This document shows, in pieces, positions 1 to 12,294 of a stretch of DNA of 64,000 bases. The stretch's first letter is position 1, and each line of letters opens with the position of its first letter. A program made the translations under genes and the position numbers. The notes beneath the pieces were generated by a model. The model did not search any database and was not told the origin of the DNA. It worked only from the letters and a program-made list of their open reading frames with translations. The DNA is from Camelus dromedarius (lineage: Eukaryota): assembly GCF_036321535.1 (NCBI RefSeq), contig NC_087436.1, positions 79,238,001 through 79,302,000 of the forward strand. Reading direction: 5' to 3'.

Positions 1-2074
1 GTGGACCAGGAATGGTATTTTAGGATTCTAGCCAGCTGGGTGCAGTGGACGTTTACTCAGGAAGACTGATGGAGTGAGCCCTCATATCATTATGAGGACT
101 TAAGCAGCACCCTACGAAATAACTCATCTCAAGGGAAACAAGATCCAAGGGTCATATGTTGGGGTCAAGAACAGTTGATCAGTGTGGGAGCAGAGGGAAA
201 ATTCTGAGTACATATCTGCCTTGTAAACTAATACCCAGTCCAGTCTCAATTCATGCTTGCGTTCTAGGACAGAACCTTTGAAAACAACCAAGTGAAGCCA
301 GAGGGCTGTTACAGATATGCTCATCCACTGATTCCTTCAGCAAATATTTACCAAGACCCTGCTGTGTGCCCAGCACTATTCTAAAGGTTGGGGGTACAGC
401 AGTGAACCAAAGCGGACAAAAGTCCTCACTCTCGTGGAGCTTATGCTCTGGTCCTTCCCTCCCTCCTCAACTGCAAGGCCCCTCAAGCACAGAAAGCATG
501 TCTTCTTCTTTTTATTCCCGTGCCTAGAAAAGTTCCTGACAGGTGTGATGTAATGACACAGCACTTTGCATGTTTGTGATATCCTGCTCTCTGGATGGTT
601 GTGGGTATGTCTGATCTTCAGTTTGGGTTGTAAACTTCTTGAGGGCAAGACTGTATTTTACACACAGAAGGAACAAGAGACATTTTTTGCTTGATGAAAC
701 ACTGACATGAGAGGGGATGGAAATGGAGATGAAATTGGAAAAACAGATGTACAAGTTTTTGTGATGGGACCCTCAGTGGACTGGGTGGCTCACCAGAAGC
801 CAAGGCAAAGAAGGAGAGAATGAATTCAAGATTCTGGCAGAACAAAATTATTAGAACGAATGTAAGAAACTTTAAGAGCAAAACTGTTTTTTTGTGGAAG
901 ACTAATGGTTTCTGATATTTCAGTAAGTGACATAATTGAGATGCCACGTGGAACTATCCAGCTGCTAATGTGAAACATGCATCTGAAGAGAAGTGGGTCT
1001 AAGAGCTTTCTCTTGAGGTCACATGTGAGTGAGTGAGAGAGTCACCAAGGAAGAGAAAATGGGGTTCTCAAAACTTAGGGTTGGAGACCTGGGATCAGTC
1101 TAGTAGTGCTGCTTACTGACCATGTGAGTCTGGGTACATCATTTAATGGCTCTGAACCTTGTGTCCTCAATACATGAAGGGCTACTAATGCCTGCCCTCC
1201 CCTCCACAGAGCATCAGCATGATGTGATGTGTGTAGAAGTGGTTCTAAACCAGCAAACACTATGCAAATCAAGGATGCTGATCAAGATGGAAACATTGGG
1301 GCTGTGGCCTCACCTCTTCACCTCATCCACAGGTGCCTACCTGCCCTTCAGATCTCAGCCCCAGTGGCCTTCCCTGAGCTCCCCATGGCCCAGTACCCCC
1401 ATCACAGGCTGTCCTTGCAAATCCACCCTTTTTACTGGTTTAGTCCACACCTGTCCCTCTGCTTTCGGGGGCTCCACATCCGTTCTGCTCCCTGTTGGGA
1501 GCACAGTGTCTGGCATATTGCAGTCCCTCCAGAAATATTCCTTGAAAGAATACAGGAGAAAACCAAGTAAGCAAAGACAACAGGAGGGGTAGAGTCAGAG
1601 AAGGTGGAAGAAAAACAGAAAACCACCGCTGGAGTCAAAGTAGTAGAAACCTTTTTCACAGAAGAAGCAGATCAACGATGCTGAATGCTTTAAGAAGCAA
1701 AATGGAGTGAGGAATGTGAGAAAGCCCCAGATTAACTGTACATTGCTGCGATTAGAATGTTGCTGCCATTTAAACAATGGTTTAAATACGACAAGCGGCA
1801 GAGCTGTTGGTTGGAAATAGTTTCCAGGTTTCTAAAGAAAGGAAATGTAAATACTGAAACCCTTCCTACTTCTGTTAGGCATTTAGCTTTAGGTAATCTT
1901 GCCCTATGAAGCAAGAAGACAAAAGGCTTGTGAAATCAGCAGAGTAACTTGAACGGAGCTGTAGAATCTTAACGTCCGGAAAACCCGGTGTGGATATATT
2001 ACCCCATAGGTTTGTATTTGTTGCTAGAAGTTCCCAATTACTAAACTTTTGTTCAAACACAAGCACTATTAATA

Positions 2075-2292
2075 ATAATTAATACCGTATTATATACTTG
2101 AAAGTTGCTAAGAGACTAGATCTAAAGTGTTCTCACCGCAAGAAAGAAACAGTAATTATGTGACACATGGCAGTATTAGCTACAGGTGGTAATAGTTTTC
2201 CAGTGTGTAAGTGTATCAGATCAACATGTTGTACACCTTAAACTCACACAATGCTGTATGTCAATCATATCTCAATAAAACTGGGAAAAAAA
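2075..2292 (+). mobile_element. L1 (L1MA-type) 3' end fragment
   Basis: Typical L1MA 3' UTR end (gttgtacaccttaaac...tatctcaataaaac) plus A tail. Confidence 0.75.
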
Positions 2293-4861
2293 ACCCCCAA
2301 AATCCCAGCTGTGGCAACAAATCTTAGTTCAATTACTCTGAGTTGCCTCTAGAGAAAATGTCAGAGTTCATTTAGGTCCATGCATTTTGTGCATTTAATA
2401 ACTTTTACATACTATTTTATAGTGTGGACACATTTTTCTAAGCTCATTTTTCACTCACTCTGGGGATATGAAATATTTGGAAGATATTTTATTCCTATTT
2501 GACCTACAGATCTGCACTTTTACGTACCTGTAAGAATTCCAGAGGTGGTAAGAACACCCAAGCTTTATATACAAATGCAATGTCTTTATTGCTTGGCTTC
2601 TTTAGTGTATGGTGGAGACTTTCAACAATCACATTTTAAAATGTTATGGTAAAAATACACGTAACATAAAACTTGTTGACTCACCTGTTTTTAAGAGCAC
2701 AGTTAGGTAGAATTAAATGTATTCACATTCTGTGCCACTACTCTCCAGAACTTTTTCATCTTGCAAAACGGAAACTCTATACCCATGAAACAATAACTCC
2801 CCATTTCCCCTCCCCACCAACCCCAGGAAACCACTTTGATGGTAACTTTTCTTATTGGGCCAGTTACCTAGAAGTTCCGCCTTAACACATCACTGGGAAA
2901 TCCCGAATCTGTAGCTACCCATTGAAATTAAGGTGTCATTTGGCTAATCCAGACGATTAGCGATTAGATACAATCCTATGCCAAGAGGAAGCAAAATTCA
3001 GGGGTGGATTTATAAACACTAAAAGATGGAAAGAATTTGGATACAGGTAAAGCAACTTAATTCCTGGGCATTAGTTAAATGCCTCGTGCATGAAGGAACG
3101 GGCGGGTTCAACAGTCTGAGGAAGGGTAGAGATCATTTAGGGCAGGGAGTCATTCATTCAGTTAACGTGTGTTGAATACACTTAGGTCTGACCCTGGCTG
3201 AAGACTCGGCACTCAGTGAGCTCCCTGGCTCAGGGAGATTGCAGTCAAGTAGTCTGGACAAGAGAAGGCAGTTAATAAATATGTGTTTATTTGTTGCCAC
3301 TTGCACAAGTTCCCATGTTTTTATCTCAAATAAACTGGCTTCAGGTGGTGAAGATATAGAAGGTCATATCTGCAATTTTTAAATTACTCACTTCCCACCA
3401 TCTTTTATAGCATCAACACTGAAATGTTCACCACATAACTGAATTTGCCTGATGTGCTTTGAATGTCTCCCAGGCATTTACAAGTCCATGATAACATTTG
3501 CTCCTTAGAAAGCCCCAGAGGAGGATATTATTATTATCATTCTTATTTTCCAGGTGAAGAAATAGAAGCTAAAAAATGCTAGGTGACTTTTCCAGGATCA
3601 CAAATCTAGAAAAGGTGGAGTCAAGAAGAGACTAGGGTGCTCTGATTAAATGCAATGCTCCTTTGACTTCTCCATGTTAATCACAGCTAGAAGGTTCTCA
3701 GTCAGTTGGTTAACAAGACACATATTTACTGAGCACTTAACTGTGCCAGACATCCAGGATACTGTAGCAAATGTGATCTAAGCAAGTCAGTCCCTTCCCA
3801 GGCTGATGTTGTAGTGTGAGAAGACAGGTAACTACAGACAATCACAAATGCTAAGCATTGCAAAGAGGTGCTTTGAGAAAATCAAACATAAGAACCCCAC
3901 CTAGGTTGGGGTGGGGTAGGAAGTGGGGGATTCATCTGAGGTGGGGGAGAGTCACAGACAAGTTTTTTTTTTTTTTCTGAAAACAAAGCTTCAGGACCCT
4001 GCCCTTAACTGATATTGGCTGCAGCCAGACCCATTCAAACTTGTTTTGTTTTGTGGGAGGGTTCAGTTACCACATAGGTGCGTTCAACTGAATTGTGGAT
4101 AGAAAGTCCGACCCCACCCAGACTAGTGAAATTGGTTTCAGTGCTTTCACATCCTGTGAAATACACACTCTGTGAAGTGTCTGTTTAAATACATCTATTT
4201 TGGGACAAAAATTAAAATTAGCCCCTGGATGGGGAAGTAGCACCTGATCCATCACCTACTCTGTTAGTGTTACTTTAACCAATGAAAGAAAATTTCATCT
4301 TTTTTGGGGGAAAAGGTGTTGTTTGACTTGATGCAAATCTTGCAAAACTGACTTCTGCATTGCTCTCTTCCTCTGAATTCACACAATCACTGGAAAAAGT
4401 GACAGGAAAATGACAGGACACAATTGCAAAAGGTCACAGTAACACTGAAAGAAATTCACTTCTGTTAAAAAAAAGTGGGGGGGGGGACACATTTCTTCAG
4501 TTGTTTGCATACTGGCTGCAATTAATTGGTGTTCATTTTAACACACTGTATGAACTATAACCATTGTCACTGGATGCTGTGAGGCTCAGAATATGCCAGA
4601 CTCCACATGCTGAGTGGATCACTGCACTGGGCTCTGGGTTTTAAAGAAGCACCAACAAATTTATTCTTGCCATTCTCCTGCAGGTTATAGTCTAAGACTA
4701 CAAGAATCTTGCTTTCTGGGATTTCTGAGACTGTCCTAATTTCAGATAATTCAGTTCCTGGTCAAGTCCCTTGGAAACAAGGGACTCTCTTGTCTCATGT
4801 GTTGCTATACACTGTCTCCTATAGCGTGTTTGCATATTGCCCATAATTAATGGATTATGTG

Positions 4862-5347
4862 TGTAGGGGAGGAAATATTTTCCTCTACCTTTCTAGATTC
4901 TTTTGGCTAGTCTGCTAATTAAACTGACATAATATGGATAACAGGAGAAAAACAAATCTAACTATATACATACAGGAATCCCACAAAAACAATGAGACCC
5001 AAGGACAAGTCAGGTAATTGTGGCTTGTATGTCCTCCTGAGCTAAGAAATGGGATGGAAGTGGGGCCTGGAGCTTCAAAGGGGAGGGTGGTAATTTATGG
5101 GATGAAAAGGACAGCAGATGCTCAGTTATTAGATGTCTGTCCTGCCATGTAGTTACATCATTCAGAGAAAAGTCATCTCTGGTAACTGTGCTCTTTCTGG
5201 ACAGGCTCCCTGACCAAATTCTTTTAAGCAGTTAAGAAAAGAGGTGAAAGTTCTTCTTGAGTCTGCTGGGTCTGGATTGTCTTCAGCTCAAAGTAACCCA
5301 CATACCAGAGTGGCACATTTTGGGGAGACTTGTTCTGAACCCCTTCA
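4862..5347 (-). mobile_element. Solo ERV1 LTR, MER34-like
   Basis: Minus strand starts TGAAGGGGTTCAGAACA and ends CCCCTACA (TG...CA termini), about 490 bp. Confidence 0.7.
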
Positions 5348-5429
5348 GTTGTATGTCTGACAATACAGAAATCGTAGTCACCACAGATGTGTGTTTAATA
5401 AGGTCAGAGATGTTAGTGTGTCAATGAAA

Positions 5430-5950
5430 AATTACCATTCGTTCATTTGCTCTCTTACTGATACGTTGAATAAACAGTATTACAGGTGCTGGGGATACAG
5501 AATTGGGAAAAACAGGCAAAACTTCCTGCCCTTGTGGAGCTTAGTCCCAGCAGGGAAGACAGATACACATGAAAAGTAAGGTGAATCTATGGCATGTTAG
5601 ATGGTAGAAGACAAGAAAAAGAATAAAGTAGCGAAGGGGAATGGGGAGTGTTGGGGGGGGGGGGATGCTTGCAGCTTTCCAGGGCAGGTCCGTCTGAGCA
5701 GACCTCTGAAGGAGTTTGGGAGTGAGCCATGCAGAAACCTGGGGAAGAGCCTTCCGGGCAGGGAGTCAAAGGCCCTGAGGTGGGAGTGTGCCTGGCACTT
5801 TCGAAAAAGAGCAAAAAGCTGTCAGGGTGGTTTCATTAGTGAGAGAAGCAGGAGACGATTGGGAATAGAGTATTAAAGATTTCACAGGTCATTGTAAAAA
5901 CTTGAGCTTTTACTCTGGGTTAGAGGGGAAGGTGAAGAGAGTTTTGATTA
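5430..5950 (+). mobile_element. L2 fragment
   Basis: L2 3'-region signature (cctgcccttgtggagctta...aggccctgaggtgggagtgtgcctggc). Strand shown as written; it may be antisense to the consensus. Confidence 0.6.
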
Positions 5951-5984
5951 AAGGATTTTTTTCTTTGTGTGTGTATATATATAT

Positions 5985-6130
5985 TTATTTATTGAAGTAT
6001 AGTCAGTTTACAATGTTGTGTTAATTTCTAGTGTCAGCATAATGCTTCAGTCAAACATACATATATTCATTTTCATTTCTTTCACCACAGGTTACTACAA
6101 GACATTGAATACAGTTCCCTGTGCTATACT
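5985..6130 (-). mobile_element. Short L1 3' UTR fragment (cetartiodactyl type)
   Basis: tttattgaagtatagt...ttccctgtgctatac; same 3' UTR family as 30600-30885 and 34907-35533. Confidence 0.7.
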
Positions 6131-7125
6131 GGTTAGAGGATATTAATGCAGATAATAGTCAACCCTTATATGGCATTTACTAGATTCTGGGCACTGTTCT
6201 AAGTACTTTACATATCTTAACTCATTTATTCTCTATATCAACTCCACGAAATAGGCATTATTCTTGTTTACACAGATGAGGAAATTGTGGGTCTAAAAAA
6301 TGGAGCAACTTGTCCAAGTTCACACAACTGGTAAGTGATAGAACCATAATTCAAAACTAGCCAGCTTGTCTGTGGCCCATTTCCTTTTCTAGACCAAACA
6401 GTGAGACTACATTTTCCAGACTCCCTTGCAGTTAGGTTGTGGCCATGTGACTGGGTTGTAGCCAGTGGAATGTGAGCAGAAGGGGAGAGCGCTACTTCCA
6501 GCTTTCACATGCAATCCTTCATCCCTCTCCTTCATCTTCCAGCTGAATGCAGAGAACTTAAAGTTCCTAGCAGAAGATGGAGCCATAAGATGAAAGGAGC
6601 TTCCAAATGATCACATGGAAGCTCTCCTGCAGGTCAGGAACTATCTTTTGGGATTCACAATGAGCTTTTATTATGTAAGCCACTGAGAATCAGGCAATGG
6701 TTTAAAAGTCTTGAATTTAAGAAGAAGGTGGCATGGCCTTCACATAGAAGACTCCTCAGTCTATTAAAGAAGACAGGCATAAATGATGGCAATGCAGTAT
6801 TCTAATACAGGCATTAAGAGAGAAGTCTGCTGCTCAGAGAAAGGAGTTCTAAAACCTACCTAGGGAAGTGGAGGCCAACTCTACCTGGTGACACCTGAAT
6901 AGGTTGATGGAGGGTGCACAGGAGTTTAGGGTTAGGAGGTGTGGGGAATAGTGGTGGGGCCATTTCAGTAACAGTTTGTGCAAAGGCATGAAAGGGCAGA
7001 GGAGTCTGGGAAGGATGAGATGTTCTGACATCCAGCTTATCTCATTTTGTGCTAACTACTGCTTTCCTTCTTCACACATCTTCAGCCCTCTGACCTGAGA
7101 AGGCAACATACCCCATGGTTAGGGA

Positions 7126-7589
7126 TGTTAAAGAAAAATTTAGTCTGACACTTGTTAACATGGTAAGGACTTTAATCAGAACTACTGTGATAGGAGTCAA
7201 GACTATCACAATAGGGAAGAGAGCTGAGGCTCAACTCTGAATACAGAGAACACAGCTAGGGATCTATAGCCGACATGAAGTCTGAGGTCAGTAGATAAAT
7301 GAAAAAGTACTAAGAGAAGACATTAAGGGTAAGGGTTCTTGCTGAACTGACTTAACAGGATTCTTGCTGAAGATAGGCCAAGCTGATGAGAAATCAATGA
7401 GGGGATGAGGAATTCGATCAGATATCAAGGGGGATCAGATATCAAGGGTAGGGGATTCTGTCTAAACTGACTTAGCAAGATTGTTACAACTGGACTCAGC
7501 AAGAACAGAGTGAAGACAAGGATGGGGCCTCATTGAGAAGAGGGCTCAGAGGAGCCCGAGTTTGGTTAAGGAGAACTGAGTCTTTATCA
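7126..7589 (-). mobile_element. Solo ERV1 LTR, MER31-like, nested in a MIR
   Basis: Minus strand starts TGATAAAGACTC...CCAAACT...GCTCCTCTGAGCCC and ends TTTAACA; MIR-like sequence continues on both sides. Confidence 0.65.
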
Positions 7590-7918
7590 GATCCTTGTGC
7601 TCTTGAACCAAAGGACTGGATCTGAATTCTCATTCTGTATCATCTTGCGCTGGTTGCTCAATCTGTCTGTGCCAGTCATATAGGGATAACTGTAATACCT
7701 ACTTCATGGGGAGACTGTGAGAAATAAGTGATCAAATGTACAAAGCACTTAGGACGGGGCCTGGCACAAGGTAAGTGCTCAGTAAGTGCTATCTGCTGGT
7801 GCTGGTGTTGCTTCTTCCTACTACTGCTGTTAACTTCTTTGACCATAGAAAAAACATTCAATAAGCAGAGGAAGCCAAGTGTGGTCAAAGACCTATTTTG
7901 AGTCTCAGCTGGGTCATT

Positions 7919-10183
7919 TTTTTAACATTTTTATTGATTTATAATCATTATACAATGTTGTGTCAAATTCTAGTGTTCAGCACAACTTTTCAGTCATATA
8001 TGGACATATACACACTCATTATCACATTTTTTCCTCTGTGATTCCCTGTGCTATACAGTATAATCTTGGTTATTTATTCTACAATTTTGAAATTCCAGTC
8101 TATCCCTTCCCACCCTCGGCCCCCCTGGCAACCACAAGTCTGTATTCTATGTCTATGAGTTTATTTCTGTCCTGTATTTATGCTTTGTTTTTGTTTGTTT
8201 GTTTGTTTTTGTTTTTGTTTTTTAGATTCCACACATGAGTGATCTCATATGGTATTTTTCTTTCTCCTTCTGGCTTACTTCACTTAGAATGACATTCTCC
8301 AGGAGCATCCATGTTGCTGCAAATGGCGTTATGTTGTTGGTTTTTATGGCTGAGTAGTATTCCATTGTATAAATATACCACATCTTCTTTATCCAGTCAC
8401 CTGTTGATGGACATTTAGGCTGTTTCCATGTTTTGGCTATTGTAAATAGTGCTGCTATGAACATTGGGGTGCAGGTGTCATCCTGAAGTAGGGTTCCTTC
8501 TGGATACAAGCCCAGGAGTGGGATTCCTGGGTCATATGGTAAGTCTATTCCTAGTCTTTTGAGGAATCTCCACACTGTTTTCCATAGTGGCTGCACCAAA
8601 CTGCATTCCCACCAGCAGTGTAGGAGGGTTCCCCTTTCTCCACAGACTCTCCAACATTTGTCATTTGTGGATTTTTGAATGACGGCCATTCTGACTGGTG
8701 TGAGGTGATACCTCATTGTAGTTTTGATTTGCATTTCTCTGATAATTAGTGATATTGAGCATTTTTTCATGTGCCTTTTGATCATTTGTATGTCTTCCTT
8801 GGAGAATTGCTTGTTTAGGTCTTCTGCCCATTTTTGGATTGGGTTGTTTATTTTTTTTTATTGAGTCGTATGAGCTGCTTATATATTCTGGAGATCAAGC
8901 CTTTGTCGGTTTCATTTGCAAAAATTTTTTCCCATTCCATAGGTTGTCTTTTTGTTTTATTTATGGTTTCCTTTGCTGTGCAGAAGCTTGTAAGTTTCAT
9001 TAGATCCCATTTGTTTATTCTTGCTTTTATTTCTACTAGGAGAAAATTTTTGAGATGTATGTCAGATAATGTTTTGCCTATGTTTTCCTCTAGGAGGTTT
9101 ATTGTATCTTGTCTTATGTTTAAGTCTTTGATCCATTTTGAGTTTATTTTTGTATATGGTGTAAGGGAGTGTTCTAGCGTCATTGTTTTACATGCTGCTG
9201 TCCAGTTTTCCCAACACCATTTGCTGAAGAGACTGTCTTTATTCCATTGTATATTCTTGCCTCCTTTGTCGAAGATTAGTTGACCAAAAGTTTGTGGGTT
9301 CATTTCTGGGCTCTCTATTCTGTTCCATTGGTCTATATATCTGTTTTTGTACCAATACCATGCTGTCTTGATGACTGTAGCTCTACCCATTTATGATAAA
9401 AACTCTCGCCAAAGTAGGTATAGAGGGAACATATCTCAACATAATAAAAGCTATATATGACAAACCTACAGCCAGCATAGTACTCAACGGTGAAAAACTC
9501 AAAAGCTTCCCACTAAAATCTGAGACAAGACAAGGATGCCCACTATCACCACTCCTATTCAACATAGTCTTTGAAATCCTAGCCACAGCAATCAGGCAAG
9601 AGAGAGAAATAAAAGGGATCCAAGTTGCAAAAGAAGAGGTAAAAGTGTCATTATATGCCGACGACATGTTACTATATATAGAAAACCCTAAAAGGTCCAC
9701 ACAAAAACTACTAGATCTGATGGAAGAATTCAGCAAGGTAGCAGGTTACAAAATTAATGTTCAAAAATCAGTTGCATTTCTTTACACTAATGATCAATCG
9801 ACAGAAAAAGAAAGTAAAGAAACAATCCCCTTTAAAATAGCACCCAAAGTAATAAAATATCTGGGAATAAATCTAACCAAGGAGGTGAAAGAATTATACA
9901 CAGAAAACTATAAACCATAGATGAAGGAAATTAAAGAAGACTGTAAAAAATGGAAAGATATCCCATGCTCTTGGATTGGAAGAATCAATATTGTTAAAAT
10001 GGTCACACTACCCAAGGCAATCTACAGATTTAATGCAATCCCTATCAAATTACCCAGGACATATTTCACAGAACTAGAACAAATCATAATAAAATTTATA
10101 TGGAACCATCAAAGACCTAGAATTGCCAAAGCATTACTGAAGAGAAAGAAAGAGGCTGGAGGAATAACTCTCCCAGACTTCAC
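7919..10183 (-). mobile_element. Young 5'-truncated, 5'-inverted L1 (ORF2 RT to C-terminus plus 3' UTR)
   Basis: 7919-9385 on minus encodes RATVIKTAW...MCGI plus 3' UTR and poly(A); 9386-10182 on plus encodes PFMIKTL...YADD...GGITLPDF; direct repeat CTGGGTCATT at 7909-7918 and 10184-10193. Confidence 0.95.
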
Positions 10184-10630
10184 CTGGGTCATTAACTTGA
10201 TAACTTGATCATTATCCAAGGGAACTTGCCTGACTCATATCAAATCTTTAGTTTTCTCATTTTAAAGTGGGACCATTGACTCATGCCCTCTCCCTGAAAG
10301 ATTTCTGAGCGTTGATGGAGACAGCTTTTGAGAAGCCATGAAACTCTATTCAAATGGAAGGGATTACAAAAGCCACCACAACTATCCTTGCTTCACTTCC
10401 TGGCCCAGCCTACATTTCTCAGGCCACTGCCTTCCTTCAACCTCTGGATTTTGCTGTGATCTACCTTGATACTCATTTTTACTGGGTCTCCCTCTACTGT
10501 CTTACCCACTACCTACCTGCTACCCACATGCCCAACAGCCACAACCCAATCTAGACATCAGGGACCCTGATCCATGTCCTCTCGTATTTCCTTAAGTTTT
10601 TCAGGAATTCTTACTAAAGGGGCCCCAGTA

Positions 10631-10814
10631 GTATTGCCAGATAAAACACAGAATGCCTAGTTACATTTGAATTTCAGATAAACGATGAATACATTTCATC
10701 ATATGTCCCAAATACTGCATGAGACATACTTACACTAAACATTTATTTCTTGTTTATTTGAAATTCAAATTAAACTGGGTGTCTTGTATTTTTATTTGCT
10801 AAGTCTGGCAACTC
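10631..10814. mobile_element. MER53-like palindromic DNA transposon (MITE)
   Basis: ttgccaga...tctggcaa termini and long internal inverted repeat (tttgaatttcagataaac / gtttatttgaaattcaaa). Confidence 0.75.
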
Positions 10815-11078
10815 AACACTCCAAAGGGGAACCAATAAGCATATATAAGAGGAAATGGAACTGGGAGGGCAAGTGAGAAAATTGTGTGCAAATACCCAGG
10901 CCCACTACTTCCCTCATCTTAGAGAATCCAAGCCTCACGGGCCCACCATGGTACAAATGTCTCCAAGCTGCCCCGAGGAAAAAGATAGCGAGACCATAGA
11001 CTCTTTCCTCAACAGTGCCCAGCGTGGTCTTTCTAGAACAAAAATGTGGTCACTTCCCTGTTTTAATCATTGATTTTG

Positions 11079-11290
11079 CAGGGCTCTGCAAACTCAGGCA
11101 CCCAGGAAAAATCCAGGTGCTTTCTTGTTTTTGTGAATGAAGTCTAATTAGAACGCAGCCATGTTCATTTGTTTTCCCTTTGGTTGTGTCTGCTTGTGCG
11201 CTACAGTGGTGGCGTTAAGTAACTGTGACAGGGACCATCTGGTCAGCAGAGCTTAAAATATTTACTATCTGGCATACTTAAAAAAAACGG
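11079..11290. mobile_element. MER58-like hAT fragment
   Basis: cagggctctgcaaact...aaaatatttactatctgg signature. Confidence 0.6.
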
Positions 11291-12294
11291 CTCCCCAATC
11301 TTTTTCCTCCACCTGTTTTCCTGGTGAAGTCCCGCCCTAAATGTGACATGTCTCCCTACTTCTACCCTAGAATCCCTGTTTCTCTATGCTCCCTTAGTAT
11401 TTATATATCCGTAGCACGTTTTTTAACCTACTGTAATTACAGGTTTGGTATCTATCTTCTCTACTAGCAGTAGCTTTCTTGGATGGCAGGAACCATATCT
11501 TATTTTTCTGTATAGATTTCTGAACTCCTAGCACAGGTCAAGCACATAATAGGTATCTGTTGAATAAATAAGAGAGGTTGCTACAATAGGAAGAGTCTGG
11601 CTGTTAGAGGCAAAAAGACCTATTTTGAGGTCCACTCTCTTCCTCTTACTATCTACTTGTACAACATTGAACAAATTACTTAACCTTTGTGAGCTTTAGT
11701 TCTTTCAACTATAAAATGGGGTTAGTAATACTTAGTGAGACTTCAGTGAGATAATGCATATAGAGCACATGGTATATTATTCTTCCCTTTGAATGAGGGA
11801 AGAGAGAGGGGACAAGAAAGGAGAGCAGTGGTTTCCAAGGAAGAAGTAGGTAGAGGAAGTGATAAGGAGACCAAGCGGACAATTTGCCACTCAGCACTAG
11901 AAATCTCTGAAGCCTGTGGGTTGTTTGATGAGCCTTTCTCCAGGCCATCTCTCTGCCTGTGGCTAGTTCTCTCAAGCACAGGAACAAGATCAGATATAGA
12001 CAAAGCTGTGCTAGGCTCTGGGGATAGTCACTGCACCACAAACCAAAGATCCATCTGGACAGAACCACAAAGACACACAAAGCCCCAGGTAGACATAATG
12101 GTCAAGATGCTCAACAAGCCCCATGGTCTCCACAGCTGGTTCAGATGACCCTTCTCCAGACTGTGGGTGTCTCATTGCCTGAGCCTCCCAAGCCCGTGCC
12201 ATGCCTGAGGAGAGCCCTACCCTGCTTTGCACCTGGTCTACAGCCTCATTCAGATAGAACTGTCCCCCGCAACCCCGCCAAACTAGGAAGTTGG

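Noticed and set aside
124..1914. Cluster of short ORFs from the ORF track
   Set aside because: They overlap L2/MIR-like repeats, with no recognisable protein or splice structure.
8222..10208. Long ORFs as host genes
   Set aside because: They are L1 ORF2 fragments.
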